A DNA stretch of 64,000 nucleotides. Source: an uncultured Algimonas sp. Lineage in GTDB: Bacteria > Pseudomonadota > Alphaproteobacteria > Caulobacterales > Maricaulaceae. How positions within the stretch are numbered: the stretch's first letter is position 1; each line of letters begins with the position of its first letter. The stretch lies in NCBI GenBank assembly GCA_964425355.1, contig CAYRMO010000001.1, positions 13,029-77,028 of the forward strand, read 5' to 3'. Positions 54,991 through 64,000 of the stretch are shown here, piece by piece. The translations under genes were made by a program, and so were the position numbers. The notes beneath the pieces are model-generated. The model did not search any database. It was not told the origin of the DNA and was given only the letters and a program-made list of their open reading frames with translations.

Positions 54991-57900
54991 TTATTCCGCA
55001 GCTTCTGCTGGCGCCGGTGTCTTACCAAAACCAAACCTACCTTTTTCGAAATAATTCCGCTTACCCGTAAGCCGCTCCCAAATAACAGTTGGCATGGCGA
55101 GCAAGACCGGTGTTATAATCAGGGTGAGAATGGTCGCAAAACCGAGGCCACAGGCCACAACATAGGAAATAGGGGCCCAGATTTCAGACGTGCTCGAGCC
55201 CTTGGTCGAAAAATCACCGGTGAAGATGTTGGCCTGCCAGCCTAAAATCAGGGGCATTAGACCGACAATCGTTGTTATTGTCGTCAAAGAGACAGGCCGA
55301 AGTCTCTGAGCCGCTGTTCTGATAGAGGCATCGACCGGGTGATAGCCTTTCTGCAAAAGCCGCTGATAGGTATCAATAAGAACAATATTATTATTTACGA
55401 CAATTCCGGCCAGGGCGATAACACCCGTTATTGTTAAAATCATCGAGATATATGGATATAAAGATAAACCTAACACCACGCCAAAGACGGACAGGATAAC
55501 AGCTAAAAGCGTCAAAAAGACATGATAAAAGCTGTTAAATTGTAATAGCAAAATAATACTCATCATAAAGAGAATGGCCAGGCCAGCGCCTTGGGCAAAT
55601 TTTACAGCGGCAGCATTTTCCTCGGCTTGCCCCAGAAATTTATATTTCACATTTGGCGGTAGATCAGCTTCATTGTCCAACCAGTTTTCAAGTTCTGCAA
55701 ATTGAATATTTGATGCATAACCTTTCGCCGTATTGGCTTTGATAACAAAATAAGGCGAAAGGTCGCGGCGCTCAATCGTGTCCTGCCTTAATTTTGGAAC
55801 ACGCGTGACGACTGAGGAGAGTGGGATCGCCCCATTTGGCGTTTGGATACGAAGACTATCGAGTTCCGCCAAATCACGAACGTTTTTCGGATAGCGGATG
55901 CGGATATCAACTTCCTCATCGGCATCGAGTGGTCGGTATTGGCCTACTAAAGTGCCTTCGGTCACCAGTGAAAGCGCGGCTCCAATCCGCCCGACATCTA
56001 GTCCCAATCGTCCGGCTTCTGCGCGGTCGATGACGATCTCAAAATCGACTCCGGGGAGTGGCAGCGTGTCTTCAAAATCTATAAGACCTTCTATCGTTTC
56101 CATCTTGGCACGGACTCTTTGGGTGGTTTCACGCAATAGGGCTTTATCTTGTGAGGAAATTTGTATTTCGACATCTTTGTCTAAAGGTGGTCCCTGGTCG
56201 ACTGTTGTGATTTCCGTAATAATTCCTGGAATGCCAGAACTTAGCGCCCGCAAATCATCAATGATTTCGAGGACGCTGCGTCGTTCCTCAAAAGGTTGGA
56301 GTTCCGTATATATTTGAGCAATCGTATCAGCCGGAATATTGGACGGTCCATCAAAGCCTTGTCCTGCGCCGCCACCTCCGCTGGACCCTGCAGTCGTGTA
56401 AACCGATTTAATCCCGTCAACATTTTCAATCCGGTTTTCAATATCCAGGGCGACCTCCAGCATTTGGTCAGGAGTCATATTGCCTCTGGCGCGCGCCAGG
56501 ATATAAATTTGATCACCCGGGGTCTGCGTGAAAAACTCAACCGGCTTTGGGGGAGGGCCGGCCATTTGGGCTCCAAAAAATTTAAGTATGATAAGGCCCA
56601 TAAGTACCATGCCAATCATGACCGTTGCGGGCCATTTGACTAGAAATGTGATCATCTTGACATAAAGCCCCGTTATGCCTGTAACCTTGCTCGGATCACC
56701 ATCACTTGCGAGAAGCGCGGCATTTGTTGGACCATCGGACGCTTTTCTTTTCTTGGGCCTAAAGCCAATTTTTGCGCCCAGCGTTGGTAAAAAGATAAGC
56801 GCCATAAGTGTCGAAGCGGATAAGACATAAATCATTGTGCGCGGGAAATAGGCCATGAATTTCCCGACAATTGACTCCCAGAATAAGAGAGGCAAAAAGG
56901 CTGCCAAAGTCGTGGCTGTCGACGATAAGACCGGCCAAAACATACGTTCACCCGCTAATTTAAAGGCCTCTAGCCGGGGAAGCCCTTCTTCCATTTTCCG
57001 ATCTGCATATTCGACAATGACGATCGCGCTATCAACCAAAACACCGACGGATAGGATCAGGCCAAATAGGATCATCATATTGATCGTTTCGCCCTGAATC
57101 AGAAATAGGAAAAAGGCAATTAGGAAACTTGCCGGGATGGCCCAGCCAACAAAAACAGCTGAGCGCCAGCCAAGAGCTGCGATACAAACGATAAAGACCA
57201 GAACAACCGCATTGACGATAGAGCTAAATAATTCGCTGACCATTTCATTGATATATTGAGATCGGGACTGAGAATAGGAGGCATTGATTGTGCGCGGCCA
57301 ATCAGGCGACGCGGTAATCTCGTCAACGAGCTGTTGGACAATTTCTGTTGTGTCCAAAATATTTTCACCCTGACGTTTCGATATCTCTAGTGAAACTGAG
57401 CTTCGCCCGTTAAAGCGCGCATGTGTCGAAATATCGCGATAGCCACGCCTCACATCGGCAATATCACCCAGTTTTATGATGGCGCCGTCCAGAGTTCTTC
57501 GGACGACTAATTCACTTAGGTCTTCTGGATTTTCGATAAGGCCTGGCAATTTGATATTAAATTTACCGGAATTTGTCTCGAGCGCGCCTGTTGCGACCAA
57601 TGCATTATTACTGGCGATGGCGGCTGAAATTTCGCCAAATGAAATTCCCAGACTTTCAACGCGTGCCGGATTAAGAACGGCTTCTAATACATCGGTGCGC
57701 TCTCCGGAAATTTTGGCCTCTAGGACTTGCGGTAACCCTTCAATTCGGCGTTGGAGCTCTTTGCCGCGCCTTTGTAATTCGCGTTGCGGTGCATCGCCCC
57801 AAAGATTGACCGTAATGATCGGGAGCAATGCGGTGCTGACTTCTTCGACGATCGGTTCCCGGGCTTCTTGCGGAAACTCTGCGCGCGCGCGGTCTACTTT

Positions 57901-58284
57901 TTCTTGAACTTGTTGCAGCGCGAGATCGAGATCTGTGGCAGGATCAAATTCCAAAATCATATAGGCGACATCTGTCGACCCAATGCCGTCAAGCCGTTTT
58001 AAACCATCAACGGTTTTGAGTTCCGTTTCCATAGGCCTGACCAAGAGGCGCTCTGCGTCTTCAGGTGAAATGCCTGGCAGGACGACCCGTACATTGACAA
58101 AAGGAACTGGAATGTCAGGTTCGGCCTCTATGGGGAGGCGGCTCATGGCATAGATACCGCCAAGCACAGCAAATAACATAATTCCCAGGGTCATGCGCCA
58201 ATTGCGAATGGCAAAGCCGACAATACCCGCTAGCCCCGGAGCGCTAGGCGACATATTTTTGGTTGAATTAGAGGGTGGTGTCAT
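54991..58284 (-). CDS. RND efflux permease
   Basis: GVLVDSAIVIVE, GIVVNNNIVLID, RLRPVSLT. Confidence 0.93.
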   Translation of the reverse strand: MTPPSNSTKNMSPSAPGLAGIVGFAIRNWRMTLGIMLFAVLGGIYAMSRLPIEAEPDIPVPFVNVRVVLPGISPEDAERLLVRPMETELKTVDGLKRLDGIGSTDVAYMILEFDPATDLDLALQQVQEKVDRARAEFPQEAREPIVEEVSTALLPIITVNLWGDAPQRELQRRGKELQRRIEGLPQVLEAKISGERTDVLEAVLNPARVESLGISFGEISAAIASNNALVATGALETNSGKFNIKLPGLIENPEDLSELVVRRTLDGAIIKLGDIADVRRGYRDISTHARFNGRSSVSLEISKRQGENILDTTEIVQQLVDEITASPDWPRTINASYSQSRSQYINEMVSELFSSIVNAVVLVFIVCIAALGWRSAVFVGWAIPASFLIAFFLFLIQGETINMMILFGLILSVGVLVDSAIVIVEYADRKMEEGLPRLEAFKLAGERMFWPVLSSTATTLAAFLPLLFWESIVGKFMAYFPRTMIYVLSASTLMALIFLPTLGAKIGFRPKKRKASDGPTNAALLASDGDPSKVTGITGLYVKMITFLVKWPATVMIGMVLMGLIILKFFGAQMAGPPPKPVEFFTQTPGDQIYILARARGNMTPDQMLEVALDIENRIENVDGIKSVYTTAGSSGGGGAGQGFDGPSNIPADTIAQIYTELQPFEERRSVLEIIDDLRALSSGIPGIITEITTVDQGPPLDKDVEIQISSQDKALLRETTQRVRAKMETIEGLIDFEDTLPLPGVDFEIVIDRAEAGRLGLDVGRIGAALSLVTEGTLVGQYRPLDADEEVDIRIRYPKNVRDLAELDSLRIQTPNGAIPLSSVVTRVPKLRQDTIERRDLSPYFVIKANTAKGYASNIQFAELENWLDNEADLPPNVKYKFLGQAEENAAAVKFAQGAGLAILFMMSIILLLQFNSFYHVFLTLLAVILSVFGVVLGLSLYPYISMILTITGVIALAGIVVNNNIVLIDTYQRLLQKGYHPVDASIRTAAQRLRPVSLTTITTIVGLMPLILGWQANIFTGDFSTKGSSTSEIWAPISYVVACGLGFATILTLIITPVLLAMPTVIWERLTGKRNYFEKGRFGFGKTPAPAEAAE

Positions 58285-59375
58285 TGACCCGCACTAGCCT
58301 TGTAATTTGCATTCGCATTGACTTCTTGTCCAACCGAGACAAAATTCTGGCCCTCAATAATAATTTTAGTTCGTTCGGGCAGACCGGTCACCCATTGCCC
58401 GTCCTCATCCTCGTCAATTGTGGTGATGGTTGCGAAGCGCACAATATTTCCAGAGTCGACATAACGGACGCCGACGGCACCCGTTTCATTCAGGGTTAAA
58501 ATATTGCCTGGAATTTGTTGAGCGCGTGTCAGGCCAGAGGTCAAACGAACGGTCGCGGTCACACCGGCGCGTAAGGTATAGGCTTCATTTGGAACGTGGA
58601 GTTCGCCGCGAAAGGTCCGTGTTGAAGGATCGGCTCGGCTTTCAATATTTTTCATTATACCAGAAACGCGCTCGCCTGTGGCTAGGGTAATCTCTGCACG
58701 CATGCCGCGCTCGACCAAAGCCAGCTGCGTTTCGGTCAATTCGACATCGACTTTCAACGGGGACAGATCAACCAAAAGCCCACAAGACATGCCGGGTGAT
58801 AGATAATCACCGACTTCGGCATCTTGTCTCTCCCAGACGCCGCCAAATGGCGAGCGTATGTTGACGGCGTCGAGTTCAATTTCGGCCTGTTTTAAGGCTG
58901 CTTTGGCGCCATCAAGCTGGGCTTCAAATGACATAACACGGGTCTGGGATTGATAGCCTTTTTCCGCCAGAACTCTGGCGGCATTCAAATCGCTTTCTAT
59001 CGTCTGCAAATTGGCGGTCGCTTGGTCAACAATGGCCTGTCTGGCATTGACGCCTTGGCGACATAATATCAGACCCTTTCCGACTTTTGCACCCTCGCGC
59101 GCATTGACGGCCGCGACCAGACCAGCCGTCTCCGCTTTCACCGAGACTTCTCGTGCCGCGCGGGTCTGGCCGTAAAGTTCCAATATATTGGGATGATCCT
59201 GAGCTGTGATCTCTTTGACCTGTACGGTCGGGATGGATCTCCGCGCATCAGTTTTCGCTGTCGCAGGCGTTGAAACCGGAAGCGGCTCATCTTCGCCGCC
59301 ACTATTTACGGCAAACCAGATCGCACCTAAAATGACGAGACCGCCTGCGATCAAATATGATGTGTTTAATTTCAT
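58281..59375 (-). CDS. RND periplasmic adaptor subunit
   Basis: IRSPFGG, ADPSTRTF, VTGL; overlaps permease start. Confidence 0.92.
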   Translation of the reverse strand: MKLNTSYLIAGGLVILGAIWFAVNSGGEDEPLPVSTPATAKTDARRSIPTVQVKEITAQDHPNILELYGQTRAAREVSVKAETAGLVAAVNAREGAKVGKGLILCRQGVNARQAIVDQATANLQTIESDLNAARVLAEKGYQSQTRVMSFEAQLDGAKAALKQAEIELDAVNIRSPFGGVWERQDAEVGDYLSPGMSCGLLVDLSPLKVDVELTETQLALVERGMRAEITLATGERVSGIMKNIESRADPSTRTFRGELHVPNEAYTLRAGVTATVRLTSGLTRAQQIPGNILTLNETGAVGVRYVDSGNIVRFATITTIDEDEDGQWVTGLPERTKIIIEGQNFVSVGQEVNANANYKASAGQ

Positions 59376-59587
59376 GATCTTCTTACGTCTGAGGTCGGAA
59401 TTTAGGCCTAAATTTTATGCTATCTTACCCGCGATGTGCCCTCTTGCGCTTATCGGGGTGGAATTGGCAAGATATAAACGCGCAAGTCAGCCCATCAGCT
59501 TTGCATATGTCTGCTTAAAGCCTTACAGATAATTGATTTTTAGACGAGAAAACGGACTTGTCTTCTCGTAAAACTCATTTCGGGGCT

Positions 59588-60994
59588 CTAGATTTCATAA
59601 GGCAGGATATTTCGGCGTTCTGGATTGACCTTAAGCTCATGGCCAATAGGCGGCATTGAGCGTTGATGACATTTTTTTCGTTCGCAAATACGGCAGGATA
59701 TGCCTATCGGCTCATAGGCTTCCGATATTTCCGGGTTCAAGTCGTCTCCATATATGATCTTGTCCAAATATTGGATCTCGCAGCCAAGTGCCAAAGCAAA
59801 TCGTCTGACCGGGTCACGAAATCCTCCGCTTTTCGTGCTTATTGCTGTCGCAATGCATAGGTATTTTTCGCCATCAGGTGTCTCGGCCAGTTGTCGAATA
59901 AGACGCCCGGGCGTTTCAAAGGCTTGATGAACATTCCAGAGCGGGCAGGCTGAACCAAAACGTGCAAATTGAAGTTTAGTCGCGCTATGGCGTTTCGTGA
60001 TATTGCCGGCGCGATCGACCCGCGCAAAGAAAAACGGTATGCCTTTTAATTCTGGGCGTTGTAATGTTGATAGCCGATGAGAGACTTGTTCAAGACTAGA
60101 CTGAAAATGGTTTGCGAGGAGATCCAGATCATATCGGAAGAGGGCGGCGTGCTCTAAAAATTCTTTGTATGGTAAAAGAACGCTGCCCGCGAAGTAATTT
60201 GCAAGACCTATCTTGCAAACCGTTTTCGCATTATGTGTACGAAACTTCCCGCTTTCTGCCAAACGCTCAATTTCCTTTTCTTGCTCCAAGAGCGCAATGT
60301 GATGCGCGATATGAAAGGCTTGTGTGGCGTTTGCACTATTGGGATTTATGTGAAGGGTGCGACCATCCGCGTGAAAATGGCGTATGGCATTTGGGAAGTC
60401 CGCCAGCCCACCAATTTTAGTTTGAATGCCATGTTCGTCAGATAGATGTTTCATCAGTCTTTCGGTGAGGGTTCCGCCTCGGCGTTTGAGCGTGAAGGCT
60501 AATGTTTCTGCGGCCTTGTCAAGGGTGTCAAAATAGTTGTTTTTATAATGGTAGAAATCTCTAACTTCGTCATAGGCTGAGACTTGCGCACCGGAATTGG
60601 CATATTTTTGATCGGATTCAGCAACGTAGTTTTGAAGTTGTTTCGACGAATTATGCATGTCCAAAAATGCGCGAGCGAATTTTGGTGACGTGCGTATGAC
60701 CGTTCTCAATTCTTGGTCGGAAAGTGAAAGCGTTGCAAAGATTGGGTCTTTGATGGCCTCTATCAGGTCTGCTCTTAATCGGTTGGTTTCTGTGTCGGAT
60801 AAGGTTCTAATATCGATCGAAAGGTTTTGCGCCAGAGCCATCAATATGGCACCAGAGGCATGGCGTTGATTATTTTCAAGCTGGTTCATATAGCTTGTTG
60901 AGATATTGAGCAATTTGGCTAAATTTGCTTGGGTAAGTCCGCGCTCAACCCTGATAGTCTTAATCTTGGGGCCGATAAATAATTTCTCTGACAT
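59588..60994 (-). CDS. Short-chain fatty acyl-CoA regulator (PccR/ScfR family)
   Basis: N-terminal XRE HTH, LANYFAG, HRLSTLQRP, ACPLW, CRICERxxC; divergent from pccB. Confidence 0.9.
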   Translation of the reverse strand: MSEKLFIGPKIKTIRVERGLTQANLAKLLNISTSYMNQLENNQRHASGAILMALAQNLSIDIRTLSDTETNRLRADLIEAIKDPIFATLSLSDQELRTVIRTSPKFARAFLDMHNSSKQLQNYVAESDQKYANSGAQVSAYDEVRDFYHYKNNYFDTLDKAAETLAFTLKRRGGTLTERLMKHLSDEHGIQTKIGGLADFPNAIRHFHADGRTLHINPNSANATQAFHIAHHIALLEQEKEIERLAESGKFRTHNAKTVCKIGLANYFAGSVLLPYKEFLEHAALFRYDLDLLANHFQSSLEQVSHRLSTLQRPELKGIPFFFARVDRAGNITKRHSATKLQFARFGSACPLWNVHQAFETPGRLIRQLAETPDGEKYLCIATAISTKSGGFRDPVRRFALALGCEIQYLDKIIYGDDLNPEISEAYEPIGISCRICERKKCHQRSMPPIGHELKVNPERRNILPYEI

Positions 60995-61007
60995 GGAAGT
61001 TCACAAG

Positions 61008-61052
61008 TTTGCTAATCAGGCTTTGCGTAAAATAATATTTGCAATATCGCAA
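61008..61052. promoter_or_regulatory. PccR-type TTTGCAAA-like sites
   Basis: TTTGCTAA, TTTGCGTA and TTTGCAAT in the pccR-pccB intergenic region. Confidence 0.5.
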
Positions 61053-61117
61053 CATATTTTACTGACGTATCAATAAAATCAACTATGTAGACCCATTGAT
61101 TAAAATGGAATCTACTG

Positions 61118-62647
61118 ATGACAGTCCTTAGAGAACTCAAAAGCCGTCGAGATGAAGCCAGACTCGGCGGGGGGCAGAAACGCATTGACTCGCAACATGC
61201 CAAGGGAAAACTCACCGCACGTGAACGGTTGGAACTCCTTCTTGATCCCGGCAGTTTCGAAGAGTTTGACATGTTTGTCACACACCGCTCGACAGATTTC
61301 GGCATGGAGAAGAATAAGATGCCGGGCGACGGTGTTGTTACGGGTTGGGGAACGATTAATGGCCGCAAGACCTTTGTCTTTGCGCAAGACTTTACCGTCT
61401 TTGGCGGATCCTTATCTGAAACCCACGCCAAGAAAATCACCAAAGTCCAGGAAATGGCGATGCGCCACGGGGCGCCCATTATTGGATTGCAAGATTCTGG
61501 CGGTGCGCGGATCCAAGAAGGTGTTGCTGCGCTGGCGGGCTATACGGATGTATTCCAAAACAATATTTTGGCCAGTGGTGTGATCCCACAGATTTCAGTG
61601 ATTATGGGACCAAGCGCGGGTGGGGCGGTATATTCCCCGGCCTTAACCGATTTCATCTTCATGGTCCGCGATAGCTCTTATATGTTTTTGACAGGACCGG
61701 ATGTTCTGAAAACCGTAACCAATGAAATTGTTACGGCCGAGGAATTGGGCGGGGCTAAAACCCATACCAGTAAATCATCTGTGGCAGACGGGGCCTATGA
61801 CAATGATATTGAGGCCCTGTCTGAAATCCGTCGCCTCTTTGATTTTCTCCCGCTTAATAACCGGAGTGGTGCGCCGACCCGCCCATTTTATGATGAGCAT
61901 GACCGGATCGATGAGAGCTTAAATACGCTTGTTCCAGAAAATCCAAACCTGCCCTATGATATGAAAGAGCTCGTGACCAAGCTCGCCGATGAGGGAGACT
62001 TTTTTGAAATCCAGCAAGATTTTGCCAAGAACATTCTCTGCGGCTTTATACGCCTTGAAGGCCAAACAGTTGGCGTGGTTGCGAACCAACCTATGGTGCT
62101 GGCGGGATGTCTCGATAGTGATGCGTCGCGTAAGGCCGCACGCTTTGTGCGCTTCTGTGATTGTTTCGAAATTCCGATTTTGACCTTGGTCGATGTGCCC
62201 GGCTTCTTGCCGGGAACCTCCCAGGAATATGGCGGCGTGATCAAACATGGTGCGAAACTACTTTATGCCTTTGGCGAAGCCACTGTTCCAAAAGTCACGG
62301 TCATTACGCGCAAAGCCTATGGCGGGGCTTATTGCGTTATGGCACCGAAACATCTGCGCGGGGATATTAATTACGCCTGGCCTAGCGCCCAAATCGCGGT
62401 CATGGGCGCCAAAGGCGCGGTTGAAATCCTCCACCGCAAAGAATTGGACGACCCTGAGAAAATCGCGCAACATACGGCGGATTATGAAGAGAAATTCCTC
62501 TCACCCTTCCGCGCGGCCGAACGCGGCTATATTGACGAGGTCATCCAGCCGCAATCAACCCGGAAACGTATTTGTCGAGCGCTTGCTTTGGCGAAAGACA
62601 AGCAATTAGAGAATCCGTGGAAGAAACACGGTAACTTGCCGCTATGA
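61118..62647 (+). CDS. pccB: Propionyl-CoA carboxylase beta subunit
   Basis: [42 protein letters not shown]. Confidence 0.93.
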   Translation: MTVLRELKSRRDEARLGGGQKRIDSQHAKGKLTARERLELLLDPGSFEEFDMFVTHRSTDFGMEKNKMPGDGVVTGWGTINGRKTFVFAQDFTVFGGSLSETHAKKITKVQEMAMRHGAPIIGLQDSGGARIQEGVAALAGYTDVFQNNILASGVIPQISVIMGPSAGGAVYSPALTDFIFMVRDSSYMFLTGPDVLKTVTNEIVTAEELGGAKTHTSKSSVADGAYDNDIEALSEIRRLFDFLPLNNRSGAPTRPFYDEHDRIDESLNTLVPENPNLPYDMKELVTKLADEGDFFEIQQDFAKNILCGFIRLEGQTVGVVANQPMVLAGCLDSDASRKAARFVRFCDCFEIPILTLVDVPGFLPGTSQEYGGVIKHGAKLLYAFGEATVPKVTVITRKAYGGAYCVMAPKHLRGDINYAWPSAQIAVMGAKGAVEILHRKELDDPEKIAQHTADYEEKFLSPFRAAERGYIDEVIQPQSTRKRICRALALAKDKQLENPWKKHGNLPL

Positions 62648-64000
62648 GTAAAATCAAAAAAATCCTGATCGCCAATCGTGGCGAGATTGCCTGTCGCGTA
62701 ATCAAGACAGCCCGGAAAATGGGCATCGAGACCGTAGCGGTTTATTCTGATGCGGATAAAAATGCGCTCCATGTTGGGATGGCAGATGAAGCTGTCCATA
62801 TTGGCCCGCCGGCCGTGAACCAATCCTATTTGGTCATGGATAAGATCATTCAAGCCGTCAAAGATACGGGCGCCGATGCCGTCCATCCGGGTTATGGATT
62901 CCTATCGGAAAATCCGGATTTTGCGAAACGTCTCAAAAAAGAAAAAATCGCCTTTATCGGCCCGAACCCACACGCCATTGTCTCTATGGGCGATAAAATT
63001 ACGTCCAAAAAACTCGCACAAGAAGCCGGTGTATCTTGTGTGCCGGGCCATATGGGCTTGATCGAAGATGCGGACGAGGCCGTAAAGATTGCGCAAAAAG
63101 TCGGCTATCCCGTCATGATTAAGGCCTCTGCTGGCGGCGGCGGCAAGGGCATGCGCATTGCCTGGAATGATGAAGAGGCTCGCGAAGGGTTTCAGTCGTC
63201 CAAGAATGAAGCGGCTAATTCTTTTGGCGATGACCGTATATTTATTGAGAAATTTGTCGAACAGCCTCGCCATATCGAAATTCAGGTCCTTGGAGATAAG
63301 CATGGCAATGTGATTTACCTCGGAGAGCGTGAATGCTCCATTCAGCGCCGCAACCAAAAAGTCATTGAAGAAGCGCCATCGCCTTTCCTTGACGAAAAAA
63401 CCCGCGCGGCCATGGGGGCCGAATCTGTCGCGCTGGCCAAAGCTGTGGATTATGACAGTGCGGGGACAGTTGAATTTATTGTCGATAAGGACAAAAATTT
63501 CTATTTCCTTGAAATGAATACGCGCCTGCAAGTGGAACATCCGGTGACCGAACTGATCACGGGTATCGATCTTGTCGAGCAAATGATCCATGTGGCCCAA
63601 GGCGAAAAATTATCGCTTAAGCAAAAAGACATTAAATTAAATGGCTGGGCAATTGAGAGCCGGATTTACGCGGAAGATCCTTACCGAAACTTCTTGCCGT
63701 CCATTGGACGTCTCGTGAAATACCGCCCACCTGCAGAAGGTGTGGTCGATGACGGCGCAATTATCAGAAATGACACGGGCGTCTTTGAAGGCGGCGAAAT
63801 TTCGATGTTTTATGATCCCATGATCGCCAAACTTTGCACATGGGGCGAAGACCGCGGCATTGCCATTCATGCCATGAAACAGGCCTTAGATGAGTTTGAA
63901 CTGGACGGGATTGGCCATAATATTCCGTTCCTTCAGGCTGTTTACGATCATGACCGCTTTATTCGCGGCGATATCACAACCGCATTTATTGCCGAGGAAT
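62644..64000 (+). CDS. pccA: Propionyl-CoA carboxylase alpha subunit, truncated at window edge
   Basis: Hand translation from ATG 62644: [41 protein letters not shown]. Confidence 0.92.
   Translation, partial: MSKIKKILIANRGEIACRVIKTARKMGIETVAVYSDADKNALHVGMADEAVHIGPPAVNQSYLVMDKIIQAVKDTGADAVHPGYGFLSENPDFAKRLKKEKIAFIGPNPHAIVSMGDKITSKKLAQEAGVSCVPGHMGLIEDADEAVKIAQKVGYPVMIKASAGGGGKGMRIAWNDEEAREGFQSSKNEAANSFGDDRIFIEKFVEQPRHIEIQVLGDKHGNVIYLGERECSIQRRNQKVIEEAPSPFLDEKTRAAMGAESVALAKAVDYDSAGTVEFIVDKDKNFYFLEMNTRLQVEHPVTELITGIDLVEQMIHVAQGEKLSLKQKDIKLNGWAIESRIYAEDPYRNFLPSIGRLVKYRPPAEGVVDDGAIIRNDTGVFEGGEISMFYDPMIAKLCTWGEDRGIAIHAMKQALDEFELDGIGHNIPFLQAVYDHDRFIRGDITTAFIAEE

Overview
Mostly core chromosome of an alphaproteobacterium. 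PodJ, CtrA boxes, RpoE-ChrR and a PccR-pccBA cluster point to the Caulobacterales/Hyphomonadales/Maricaulales group (inference). About 58 CDS; I saw no rRNA, tRNA, transposase, integrase, CRISPR array or prophage. Housekeeping genes: infC, podJ, a LiuR-type fatty-acyl-CoA cluster, zur, dsbD, rdgB-hemW, bfd-bfr, lpoA/rsmI-yraN-BON, argF, dnaX-ybaB-ggt-recR, rmuC, ppc-gap, an RND pump and pccR-pccBA. The accessory-looking part is about 37.9-47.6 kb. It holds a tandem array of four divergent paralogous ~150-aa membrane proteins sharing a C-terminal GERLARRH(I/V)KxDP...FE tail. One copy is cut by a nonsense codon, and an XRE/membrane-protein cassette flanked by ~25-bp direct repeats interrupts the array. 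The array hangs off a GbsR-DUF4166-TIGR01777 operon. Nearby are a ChrR lacking its zinc motif, an epimerase resembling animal SDR39U1, a structured 33-bp repeat, and a strongly divergent PEP carboxylase. All calls come from motif recognition by eye; no database searches were run.
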